The notes under the pieces are model-generated. The model was not told the origin of the DNA, did not search any database, and saw only the letters and a program-made list of their open reading frames with translations. A DNA stretch of 64,000 nucleotides from positions 1 to 64,000 of IMG/VR virus record IMGVR_UViG_3300016476_000523. One strand, given 5' to 3'. A program made the translations under genes and the position numbers. Shown here piece after piece: positions 21,544-29,815 of this stretch. Each line of letters starts with the position of its first letter. The first letter of the stretch is position 1. Origin of the DNA: an uncultured virus (IMG/VR IMGVR_UViG_3300016476_000523). Lineage: Duplodnaviria > Heunggongvirae > Uroviricota > Caudoviricetes.

Positions 21544-24348
21544 TTAATCATTAGTAAAGTTAGGAGGAGGTATCTTTGGATCTCCCAATAGTTGAGCAGT
21601 TTTCTGATCTATTGGTGCTCTGTTCACTGTATTCGACGCTATTGCCGGCGTTCTTACTTTACCCTTGCCACCAAATAAGGATTTAATAGAACTAATCGCA
21701 GATAAGGCGCCAGCAATAGAAGCTACGCTACCTAATGCAGTGGTTAGATTGCCAGGTATTGTAGGAATAGGTAAGTTATTAAGTGCATTTGATGCAGCAT
21801 TATTTACTAAAGAGGTAACTTGTCCAGCACCAGGAATAGATACATTAGGTAATTTAAAATTGGTAACTGAGCCCAACGATTCAAACCCGCCGGGTATGTT
21901 TATTGTACCTGAAGCTAAACTACCTATATTAGGTATCGATTTATTTAATAGGCTAGTATTAGTTACCAACGACGTTGGATCTTTTACTAATTCAGCACCA
22001 CGTTGTCCTACTATATTGGACAGCTGGTTAGAAGTAATTTGCTGAGTATTAACTGTCTGCAACAAGTCTACTGGTTTATTTGAACTAAGGTTAGGGAAAG
22101 ATTGGTTAATTGCTTCGTAAGTAGCGTTAACTACCCCTTTGTCTGTCGAGAACTTTCCACCAGCAATCGGAGAATCTTTTAGTGCATTTACTGTTTGATT
22201 CATAGAACCATAACCACCAAATGAATTTATAGAAACGTTAACAGTTGACGTTGCTGAGCCTATATCTTTAACAACACTACTATCGGTGCTTTGCTGCGTA
22301 ACTGTGTTTATCACTGTGGTTGCGTTGTTTTTAGAAGTTGCATATACTAATCCTGCTACTTGCTCAGGTGCTTCTTTTCCTGTTATTACCCCTGCGTTAA
22401 TAAGAGTCTTTTCAGATTGACGCATATTTGTAACTACATATTCTGTTTGTGTCTGTGAGTTTCTTACATAACTGTTTATGTTTTCTGCACCAGGAGCTCC
22501 AGTGAACAATGTACTAGGCATAGCCTGTGTGATGTTTCCTCCTGAATTAGTTAACGAGTTGATAAGTCTATCTGATCCAGGTTTTAGAACGCCAGAATTA
22601 ACTAACTGAGTAGGAGTTTGTGCAAACATACCAGCGACTGCAACATTAACAGTGCCCGTGTTTACAATATCTGCACCTTTAGTGATAGCATCCTTATAAG
22701 GACCAGTAACTGCGTCCTGTGCTGTTGTTGCTATCATACCTAATGTGGATGAATCATTTAGTTGTTCACTTATGTCATTGATGTTCGGTGAAGAAACCGC
22801 AGTTGCTATACTGGCTGGAACTACACCAGCATTTAAACCAGCAGAAACAGCAGCAGATACCAATGCACTAGGACTAGTAGGCATTTGTCCTTGAGCGGTC
22901 AAATCGGTTTGTATTGCTACGCCTTTACCTGCGTAAGCCCAGGGCGCATGAGTAGGTGCGCGTGATGTAACACTTAACAATTTACCAGGTGCAGAAGTAA
23001 ATCCTTTTTGTTGATCAAACAAAGTATCCGGATGGGCAGTTAGCGGTACCGGATCTACACTTAATGCCGGTACAGGTGATTTACCGGTATTTAAATTTAT
23101 AATCCCGCCGTTTATAAAAGTTGCTGCGGTACTTGCCAATGAAGCTACCCCGGTCGCTTCAAGGCTTAATGCGCCTGTTGCCTTTGCCGATATTAAACCT
23201 AATGCAGATGTAGTCCAATTTAAACCCACTGACTGTTTTAAGGATTTCTTAGTTGTAACATTCATATTTTCTGCATGAATGTTTAAGTCTTTGGTAGCGT
23301 GAATATTTAAATTATTGTCAGCGTGTAAGTTTAAATCACCCTGTGTTCGCAAGTTAATTGAGTTTGTTGAATAAACATCTACTGTTCCTTCTTTGCCTAA
23401 CTCTACATAAGATTGTCCATTTGAATGCAATATCATCAACGTTTGACCGTCGTCACTCATTAATATCTGATGACCTTTAGAAGTTCTAATGCGAACTAAT
23501 TGATCATTGCCTTCAATATCTCCATCATCCATTACGATTGAATGGCCACCTCTTCTGCCGATAATTCTTAAGCCGGCGGCATTATTTGCACTTAAATTGT
23601 CTTTTATGTTTTCGTCAGTGTAACCACCTTCATATATAGGTCTTCCTGGTGTACTTACACCCCAACCTACTCTACTAGCAGCTTCTCTAGACGCACTTGA
23701 CGAAATAGGACCTCTGACTGGATCTCTTATTATACCTTGTTGTTCCATGATAGCAGCAGTATAGCTGTGTACTGGTTTAGTTTGAGTTAAATAGTTGGCT
23801 TCATTTGTAATAGCGGTGTTATTAGTATTAATGTTTGTAGTTGGTAGTCTTATCGAGCCACCATATGTTGTGGCTTCACTTTCATTATTACATTTTATTT
23901 GTTCGTTCTGTTCTGTTAAGCTGGCTCCCACAGCAGGAACCATGTGTAATAATTCTGATTCAGGTACACATCCAATATAGAATCCATAATTTATATCTCC
24001 GTTTACAAAGATACAAACCACAGTCGTTCCAATATCAGGAGGTGCATGCCATTCTCCATAAGATGCCGGGTTTCGTAAAAAGCTACCATATTCTTCAGGA
24101 GAACTACCTGAAGTTGGTCTTACTGAGCCAAAGAAGTTGGACATATATCTAACTGTAGTCCAGTTGGTGGCGTTATCAGGGTCTAATCCACTAAAGTCAG
24201 AAATATAAACACGAAGTCTTCCTGTTCTAGTAGGATCGAAATTATCTTTTACTACACCTAAAACGGGCGTAGTGTAAATGTTCGCTCTACCTGCATCAGG
24301 CTTGCTTGCTCTTGTACTACCTCTAGCTTTAAAACTATCTTGTGGCAT
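21544..24348 (-). CDS. Baseplate central spike, gp5/VgrG-like, with a long C-terminal extension
   Basis: N-terminal OB-fold signature (GVVKDNFDPTRTGRLRVYI; PPDIGTTVVCIF) and beta-helix segment GHSIVMDD...IRTSKGHQILMSD...YVELGKEGTVDVYS. Confidence 0.8.
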   Translation of the reverse strand: MPQDSFKARGSTRASKPDAGRANIYTTPVLGVVKDNFDPTRTGRLRVYISDFSGLDPDNATNWTTVRYMSNFFGSVRPTSGSSPEEYGSFLRNPASYGEWHAPPDIGTTVVCIFVNGDINYGFYIGCVPESELLHMVPAVGASLTEQNEQIKCNNESEATTYGGSIRLPTTNINTNNTAITNEANYLTQTKPVHSYTAAIMEQQGIIRDPVRGPISSSASREAASRVGWGVSTPGRPIYEGGYTDENIKDNLSANNAAGLRIIGRRGGHSIVMDDGDIEGNDQLVRIRTSKGHQILMSDDGQTLMILHSNGQSYVELGKEGTVDVYSTNSINLRTQGDLNLHADNNLNIHATKDLNIHAENMNVTTKKSLKQSVGLNWTTSALGLISAKATGALSLEATGVASLASTAATFINGGIINLNTGKSPVPALSVDPVPLTAHPDTLFDQQKGFTSAPGKLLSVTSRAPTHAPWAYAGKGVAIQTDLTAQGQMPTSPSALVSAAVSAGLNAGVVPASIATAVSSPNINDISEQLNDSSTLGMIATTAQDAVTGPYKDAITKGADIVNTGTVNVAVAGMFAQTPTQLVNSGVLKPGSDRLINSLTNSGGNITQAMPSTLFTGAPGAENINSYVRNSQTQTEYVVTNMRQSEKTLINAGVITGKEAPEQVAGLVYATSKNNATTVINTVTQQSTDSSVVKDIGSATSTVNVSINSFGGYGSMNQTVNALKDSPIAGGKFSTDKGVVNATYEAINQSFPNLSSNKPVDLLQTVNTQQITSNQLSNIVGQRGAELVKDPTSLVTNTSLLNKSIPNIGSLASGTINIPGGFESLGSVTNFKLPNVSIPGAGQVTSLVNNAASNALNNLPIPTIPGNLTTALGSVASIAGALSAISSIKSLFGGKGKVRTPAIASNTVNRAPIDQKTAQLLGDPKIPPPNFTND

Positions 24349-24365
24349 TTTGTTTAGTTACCTTT

Positions 24366-26531
24366 TTATGTTTCGGGATAAAAAAATCGTTGTTCTGCGT
24401 TCGTGGATGGCGTATTTTCTTGTATATCTTGTATTAAATCACCCGAAGCGGGTACTGGTCGGTTCGTAGGTGACGGTGGCGCAGGTTCGGATGGTAGTCC
24501 AGTTACTGGTTGCCTATCTACCTCATTATTGGTATCATTTCTAGGATTAGTTATGGTATTATTTGACACAAGTGATAATGGATTAATAACACAATTTAGT
24601 GTTTGTCTAAATGTTCCGCCACGAAATGTACTTGTTACATCAATTATCATATAACTTATACCTTCAATTTTACTGGACTGACTTTGATTTTCTTCTGGAT
24701 ACTTCCAAAAAATAATCTTGTCGTTTATAGTCAAATATCCCTTTTCAGTATCATAGTCTCTAGCTTCTAAGAAGTTTATTTCAATGAATGTTTGTCCGCC
24801 GTGTGGGTTAATAGTAAATCCATCAGGAGCATAAAACTGATCATATAGTGCTTGTTCACTTACCGGAGAATCTGGCATCAGGTAGTCAGGGTCTCCTAAT
24901 ATAGTAATCTGAGCAGTAGCAAAAGAAGCAGGATCATACAGGTTGGTTAAAATAGAGTTTTGTGCTTCTGCGCCAACAGTTAAGTTATTCAATCTAGATT
25001 GATCGTTTCTAGAATTTACATCTACAGGCACTTCAGTTACATTACCCTTACCTGTTACATCTAAAAATATAGTGTAATATCCTTGGTCTATTCTTTGTTC
25101 ATACGATATTATTTCAGAATTCTTTCCTGTATACCAATAATCATATCTTTTATATGGACCGTAATACATATCAGCAGAAACACCATATGGAGTTTGAACC
25201 GCCGGCGTTTCATACGGTTGAATAATATAAACAATGTCATAAATGAAATCACTGATCTCAGGTATCCATTGAGCATTCTTTACTTCAGAACCCAATGTAT
25301 ACCATTTGATAGTTTCTTTACTGCTATTAAGTTCTGATGAATACTGTCCCGTCTCAGTATCGGGTTCGTTTTGAGAAGCATATATAACAGATAGTGCATC
25401 GGTAAGATAACTGCTTTGACCAATTATTTGAGTTAATGCTTGAGTAATAGGAGTATCGTTTTTTATTTGTACTATTCCAACATCTAGATTAGCTGGTCGG
25501 GTATTAGCAACCTCAGTTACAGTATTCGTGTTAGTTACTTCGCTATTGAACGATAGTTTTGCTTTATTGTTCCACTCATAAATTTCTCGCAATGATTCAA
25601 TTTTTGATGATTTCAGTCTTTCTACATCGGGTCCAACCCATCGCACGCTGTATCTATTCAATCGAGGAAGGTTAACTCCCTGACTTTGTGCTGCACTGTC
25701 TTGCTCGAAGTTTAGTTTCTCAATTATTTGATTTACACCTTCTTCTACTGTAGGACCGTAAACCTGTACTCCAGTTTTTAACATACCCTTGGTAACACTA
25801 AAGGATACTTTAGGAGCAATTGCAACTGCTGTTATGTCATATATAGATGGTCCACCTGCTATTTTGAACTTAATATCAGTTATCATGATATCAAAATATC
25901 TATCCTGAATCCTAGATAAATCAGATTCAGGTGCAATTTCTAAATTTGGATTTCGTGTGTTTACAATATTTCCGTTTTCATCATATCCAACAAATGATAC
26001 ACCTAAAATAAAAAATCCTCTTGTAGCTGCTTTAGGTCTTTTTACATCGGTCGAATCTCCATATATCAAATTAGCGACTCTGTTTAAGTCTGACAAAAAA
26101 GAAAACCCATATGGTTCTGTTATTTGAAACTTTATTTCAGTATCAACACTAGCAGTTAGTGTAGCCTTTCCTGACAAGAATGTTTTTATTGATAGATTGT
26201 CAATGTAATAATCAAGTTCGTTTGTTGATGCTCTAAAGCTAGTTTTATCATTAATCCCTCCGCTTTGAGCTATCAGATAAGCACCTTCATATAGGTTTTG
26301 AGATGGTCCTACTAGCGAATTGATTTGAGTTCTACCTGATGCTATAAATGCATCATATGCTTGCGGTGTAATCATATACAAACTTAATTGATATGTATAT
26401 GAAGAAAACGCACCTAATGGATTTTGTAATCGTTTACCGGGTTTATTAACTACTTGATTGGTTTCTAATGTAACTTGATTTTGTTCAGAACCTGAATCAT
26501 CATTAGTAGAAACTAAAATATCTTCTGCCAT
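24366..26531 (-). CDS. Baseplate hub protein (gp27-like)
   Basis: Lies between the gp53-like and gp5-like genes; AQITILGDP and 'Y.IIDVTSTFRGGTFRQTL' hub-type motifs. Confidence 0.6.
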   Translation of the reverse strand: MAEDILVSTNDDSGSEQNQVTLETNQVVNKPGKRLQNPLGAFSSYTYQLSLYMITPQAYDAFIASGRTQINSLVGPSQNLYEGAYLIAQSGGINDKTSFRASTNELDYYIDNLSIKTFLSGKATLTASVDTEIKFQITEPYGFSFLSDLNRVANLIYGDSTDVKRPKAATRGFFILGVSFVGYDENGNIVNTRNPNLEIAPESDLSRIQDRYFDIMITDIKFKIAGGPSIYDITAVAIAPKVSFSVTKGMLKTGVQVYGPTVEEGVNQIIEKLNFEQDSAAQSQGVNLPRLNRYSVRWVGPDVERLKSSKIESLREIYEWNNKAKLSFNSEVTNTNTVTEVANTRPANLDVGIVQIKNDTPITQALTQIIGQSSYLTDALSVIYASQNEPDTETGQYSSELNSSKETIKWYTLGSEVKNAQWIPEISDFIYDIVYIIQPYETPAVQTPYGVSADMYYGPYKRYDYWYTGKNSEIISYEQRIDQGYYTIFLDVTGKGNVTEVPVDVNSRNDQSRLNNLTVGAEAQNSILTNLYDPASFATAQITILGDPDYLMPDSPVSEQALYDQFYAPDGFTINPHGGQTFIEINFLEARDYDTEKGYLTINDKIIFWKYPEENQSQSSKIEGISYMIIDVTSTFRGGTFRQTLNCVINPLSLVSNNTITNPRNDTNNEVDRQPVTGLPSEPAPPSPTNRPVPASGDLIQDIQENTPSTNAEQRFFYPET

Positions 26532-26532
26532 A

Positions 26533-26844
26533 TTAGAATCCCAATGCTTGTTTTAATGTTTCCATTTTTGGTATGTAAATTTGTATTCCCGCAACAAAAT
26601 CAAAGTATGGATCATATCCCAACAAATTAGGATTTCTAGAAGCAAATACCCACCACAATCTAGAATCACCATACAAGTCATATGCCAACAAGTCAGGCCT
26701 GAATTCATACACTTTTGGCAAAGTGTAATAAACATCCGATGAATATTTTGGAATAGGACGATTGTTCATTACATCTAAATATTGTCCATCTGCTATATTT
26801 GTAAGATAATAAGGACTAGTGCTAGGATAGATATTATTTGCCAT
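26533..26844 (-). CDS. Baseplate wedge gp53-like (LysM/tail X-type)
   Basis: RPDLLAYDLYGDSRLWWVF..N motif. Start taken at the ATG overlapping the upstream stop (TAATG). Confidence 0.85.
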   Translation of the reverse strand: MANNIYPSTSPYYLTNIADGQYLDVMNNRPIPKYSSDVYYTLPKVYEFRPDLLAYDLYGDSRLWWVFASRNPNLLGYDPYFDFVAGIQIYIPKMETLKQALGF

Positions 26845-27716
26845 TACCAAATACCTTCTTTAGTTAATCTACCAGTAGCATAGTCTTTCAAGCTGAACTT
26901 GTTACTGATTGCGTTTCTAGAAACAATCGGAGACGCTGAAATTGTTATTTGTATTTCAGTTGGTACATAAGTTGCATCTGCAAACTTTCCTATTGCTGGT
27001 GGAGTGAATTTTGGGGGCGGCGGTTGACCACCCACTAATATAGCGGCACCCAATCTTACCAAGCCTACTGCTGCTTTTCTTAAAGAAAACTTTTCTTCTT
27101 CAGGTGCTTTAGGTTCATCTATGTTACTGGGATCATCACTTATTGGATCAGGAGAAGTAACTTGAGCCCTGATGTAGTCTACTTTATCAGGAAGAGTGTA
27201 AGTAAAGTTTGTAATTACCAATGGATGATCGTTAAACTGGTATGGACCAAATCCACTCAAGTAACACAAAGGCGGCGGCGTGCCTAATAATGGGTTTTCA
27301 TCTCGACCGTAATACATCTTTGTAACTGTTTTAAAAAAGTGAATTACTGCTAGCATATAGTTTGCTTCAAAAGTATCTTGTGCAGTAAAAGTAGCAGTTA
27401 TCGTAATCTGATCAACTGCGCTATTTTTATACTGAAATATTTTATAGTTAGAGTGTGTGACTTCTGTAGGATCATAATTAGCTGCATATGATACTGAAAT
27501 TGTAGGCGTGTATGGAAAAATTACACCACCTCCTTCTTTTAGAGGAGATAAAATCCCTGATGACAACAAAGGTTGCGTTTCACCACCAAGAGTAAGCTTA
27601 ACCCGCCAGTCGTCCTGTGCTTGTTCATATTGTTCTTTTGTAGCGGATTCTTGCGCGTTGATAATGTCACCGGCAATTCCTTCTAATACACCTCTAACAT
27701 AAGGACTTATCGCCAT
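26844..27716 (-). CDS. Baseplate/tail-tube initiator (gp48/gp54-like)
   Basis: FPYTPTI..., G.PPPLCYLSGFG..F...PLVITNFTYTLP motifs. Start placed at MAISP (27716) because the longer ORF start overlaps the promoter box. Confidence 0.65.
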   Translation of the reverse strand: MAISPYVRGVLEGIAGDIINAQESATKEQYEQAQDDWRVKLTLGGETQPLLSSGILSPLKEGGGVIFPYTPTISVSYAANYDPTEVTHSNYKIFQYKNSAVDQITITATFTAQDTFEANYMLAVIHFFKTVTKMYYGRDENPLLGTPPPLCYLSGFGPYQFNDHPLVITNFTYTLPDKVDYIRAQVTSPDPISDDPSNIDEPKAPEEEKFSLRKAAVGLVRLGAAILVGGQPPPPKFTPPAIGKFADATYVPTEIQITISASPIVSRNAISNKFSLKDYATGRLTKEGIW

Positions 27717-27728
27717 ATAGTTCACCCT

Positions 27729-27754
27729 TGATAAATATATAGCTGTATTTATCA
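27729..27754. promoter_or_regulatory. Face-to-face pair of late-promoter boxes (GATAAATA on each strand)
   Basis: TGATAAATA-tatagctg-TATTTATCA, a perfect 9-bp inverted repeat between the divergent baseplate operon and gp55. Confidence 0.6.
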
Positions 27755-27785
27755 TTCAAAAATTCACCAAAATTTCCCAATATGC

Positions 27786-27814
27786 TTGTTGTAAGAGCAT
27801 GATTTATATAGAAT
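27786..27814 (+). promoter_or_regulatory. Sigma70-type promoter for gp55
   Basis: TTGTTG-17 nt-TAGAAT upstream of a GAGG RBS and ATG 27843. Confidence 0.5.
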
Positions 27815-27842
27815 TAATGTTCAATAATCACAAAGAGGTATT

Positions 27843-28745
27843 ATGACTACGATTGCACCAGTAAAAAAAGTTAACTATTTAAACAACAAAGACATTCTAA
27901 AACAGATCCACGAAAGTAAAAGTACTTATTGTTCGTTTATTCAAAAAGAATATAATAGATACGATCTGATTATAGACAAACCAAGTGAAAGCATTGAAAC
28001 AAGTTTAGACTACGCTTTCAAACCCGAACAAATCCAACAAGCAAAAGAAAACAGAGCAGCTAGACTTTCATACGAGTTAGGTGAAAAGATCCTTCCCGAA
28101 AGTATTCCTACTACTGATCTTATTTTTAGAGTAATGACTTGGGATCACATTCCAGTTGCTGCTAAACAACCCAGAAAAACCGTAGTCAAAAAAACAGCCA
28201 AGGATATCTTTGACTTTGAAGATCCTGATGATATCGATAGTAAGTTTGCTGACTTAGAAGACCCTACTACAAAAGATGAAGTAGATGACATGGTCCATGT
28301 AAAGGTAAACTTTCCCCCATTCCAACATTTTAAATTAGATTCCAATAATAGTTTTATCTGCGTGGGTAAATCACATTGGAAAGGTGATTTAAACACCGGT
28401 GAATTCTCGAAAGATCACGGTAGACTAACAGACAAGCTAGCTAGAATGTACATTATGTTATGTGAAAAGTACGCAATGAAGTTTAACTGGCGCGGATATA
28501 CTTATGTAGATGAAATGCGAGGGGCAGCTATCTTACAATTAACATATGTAGGTTTACGATTTAATGAGGCAAAGTCACAAAACCCATTTGCATACTATAC
28601 CCAAACCATTACAAATTCATTTTGTAGAGTTTTAAATTCTGAAAAACGGGTTCAACATATCAGAGACGATATTTTAGAGGCCAACGGATTGAACCCAAGT
28701 TGGACTCGACAGGGTGAAAACTCTGAAAAAGACTATCATGGGTAA
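27843..28745 (+). CDS. Late-transcription sigma factor, T4 gp55-like
   Basis: NYLNNKD N-terminus; NWRGYTYVDEM and F...KSQNPFAYYTQ...NSF motifs; sits upstream of gp47/gp46 as in T4-like phages. Confidence 0.9.
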   Translation: MTTIAPVKKVNYLNNKDILKQIHESKSTYCSFIQKEYNRYDLIIDKPSESIETSLDYAFKPEQIQQAKENRAARLSYELGEKILPESIPTTDLIFRVMTWDHIPVAAKQPRKTVVKKTAKDIFDFEDPDDIDSKFADLEDPTTKDEVDDMVHVKVNFPPFQHFKLDSNNSFICVGKSHWKGDLNTGEFSKDHGRLTDKLARMYIMLCEKYAMKFNWRGYTYVDEMRGAAILQLTYVGLRFNEAKSQNPFAYYTQTITNSFCRVLNSEKRVQHIRDDILEANGLNPSWTRQGENSEKDYHG

Positions 28746-28759
28746 TTTTACCTTTACTC

Positions 28760-28788
28760 TTGTTATTGAACCATCGATACACTATACT
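28760..28788 (+). promoter_or_regulatory. Sigma70-type promoter for gp47 (probably leaderless)
   Basis: TTGTTA-17 nt-TATACT, ending 7 nt before ATG 28796; no SD sequence. Confidence 0.5.
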
Positions 28789-28795
28789 TTAGTTT

Positions 28796-29815
28796 ATGAC
28801 TAATAACTTATTTAAAAAAGCAGCAGTTTTTACGGACCTTCATATAGGTTTAAAGTCCAATAGTATTCTACACAATCAAGATTGTGAGGAGTTCATTGAT
28901 TGGTTTATAACCAAAGCTAAGCAAGAGGGATGCGATATCTGTTTATTCTTGGGTGACTGGCACCATCATCGTGCTAGTATAAACATCCAGTCACTATCGT
29001 ATTCAATTAAACTACTAGAAAAACTTAATAACTCTTTTGATAAAGTTTTCGTGATTCCAGGTAACCACGACTTATTCTATAGAGATCGTAGAGATATCAG
29101 TTCTGTAGAGTGGGCTAAACATCTTCCCAATGTTGTTATTGTTAACGATTGGTTCAAGCATGGCGATGTTGTTATTGCTCCTTGGTTAGTTGAAGATGAC
29201 TTTAAAAAGTTATCTAAAATGAAGGGCAAGTACTTGTTTGGACATTTTGAGCTACCAAATTTCTACATGAACGCACAGGTATTGATGCCCGATCATGGTG
29301 AAGTTAGTGACGCTCATGTTAGTGGGTTTGAAAAAGTATTCTCAGGGCATTTTCATAAACGTCAAGCAAGAAACAATATTTGGTACATTGGAAACGCATT
29401 CCCTCACAATTACGCAGATGCAGGTGATGACGCTAGGGGAATGATGATTCTAGAATGGGACAAAGAGCCAGAATTTCATGCTTGGCCCAATCAGCCTAAG
29501 TATAGAGTTTATAAGCTAAGTGAAATCTTAGACAATCCAGAAGGTTTGCTATTACCTCGCTCACATGTTAGAGTACATCTTGATATTGATATTAGCTTTG
29601 AAGAAGCTTCTTTTATCAAAGAAACACTGATTCCTCAATATGATCTTAGAGAAATGACACTGATACCTATTAAAGGTGAAGGTGTATCTCAAGATAATGC
29701 ACAAACTGAAATCAAGTTTGAATCAGTAGACCAAATAATTTTACAAGAAATCACTAACATTGAAAGTGAATTCTACGATACAAAGATACTATTGGAAATC
29801 TATAAAAACCTATGA
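28796..29815 (+). CDS. Recombination endonuclease subunit gp47 (Mre11/SbcD-like)
   Basis: Metallophosphoesterase motifs DLH, GD, GNHD, GH and SGHFH. Confidence 0.92.
   Translation: MTNNLFKKAAVFTDLHIGLKSNSILHNQDCEEFIDWFITKAKQEGCDICLFLGDWHHHRASINIQSLSYSIKLLEKLNNSFDKVFVIPGNHDLFYRDRRDISSVEWAKHLPNVVIVNDWFKHGDVVIAPWLVEDDFKKLSKMKGKYLFGHFELPNFYMNAQVLMPDHGEVSDAHVSGFEKVFSGHFHKRQARNNIWYIGNAFPHNYADAGDDARGMMILEWDKEPEFHAWPNQPKYRVYKLSEILDNPEGLLLPRSHVRVHLDIDISFEEASFIKETLIPQYDLREMTLIPIKGEGVSQDNAQTEIKFESVDQIILQEITNIESEFYDTKILLEIYKNL

Noticed and set aside
27717..27755. Longer N-terminus of the gp48-like ORF given in the track
   Set aside because: That ATG overlaps the late-promoter box. The ATG at 27716 has a plausible RBS (AAGGGTG) and fits the promoter position.
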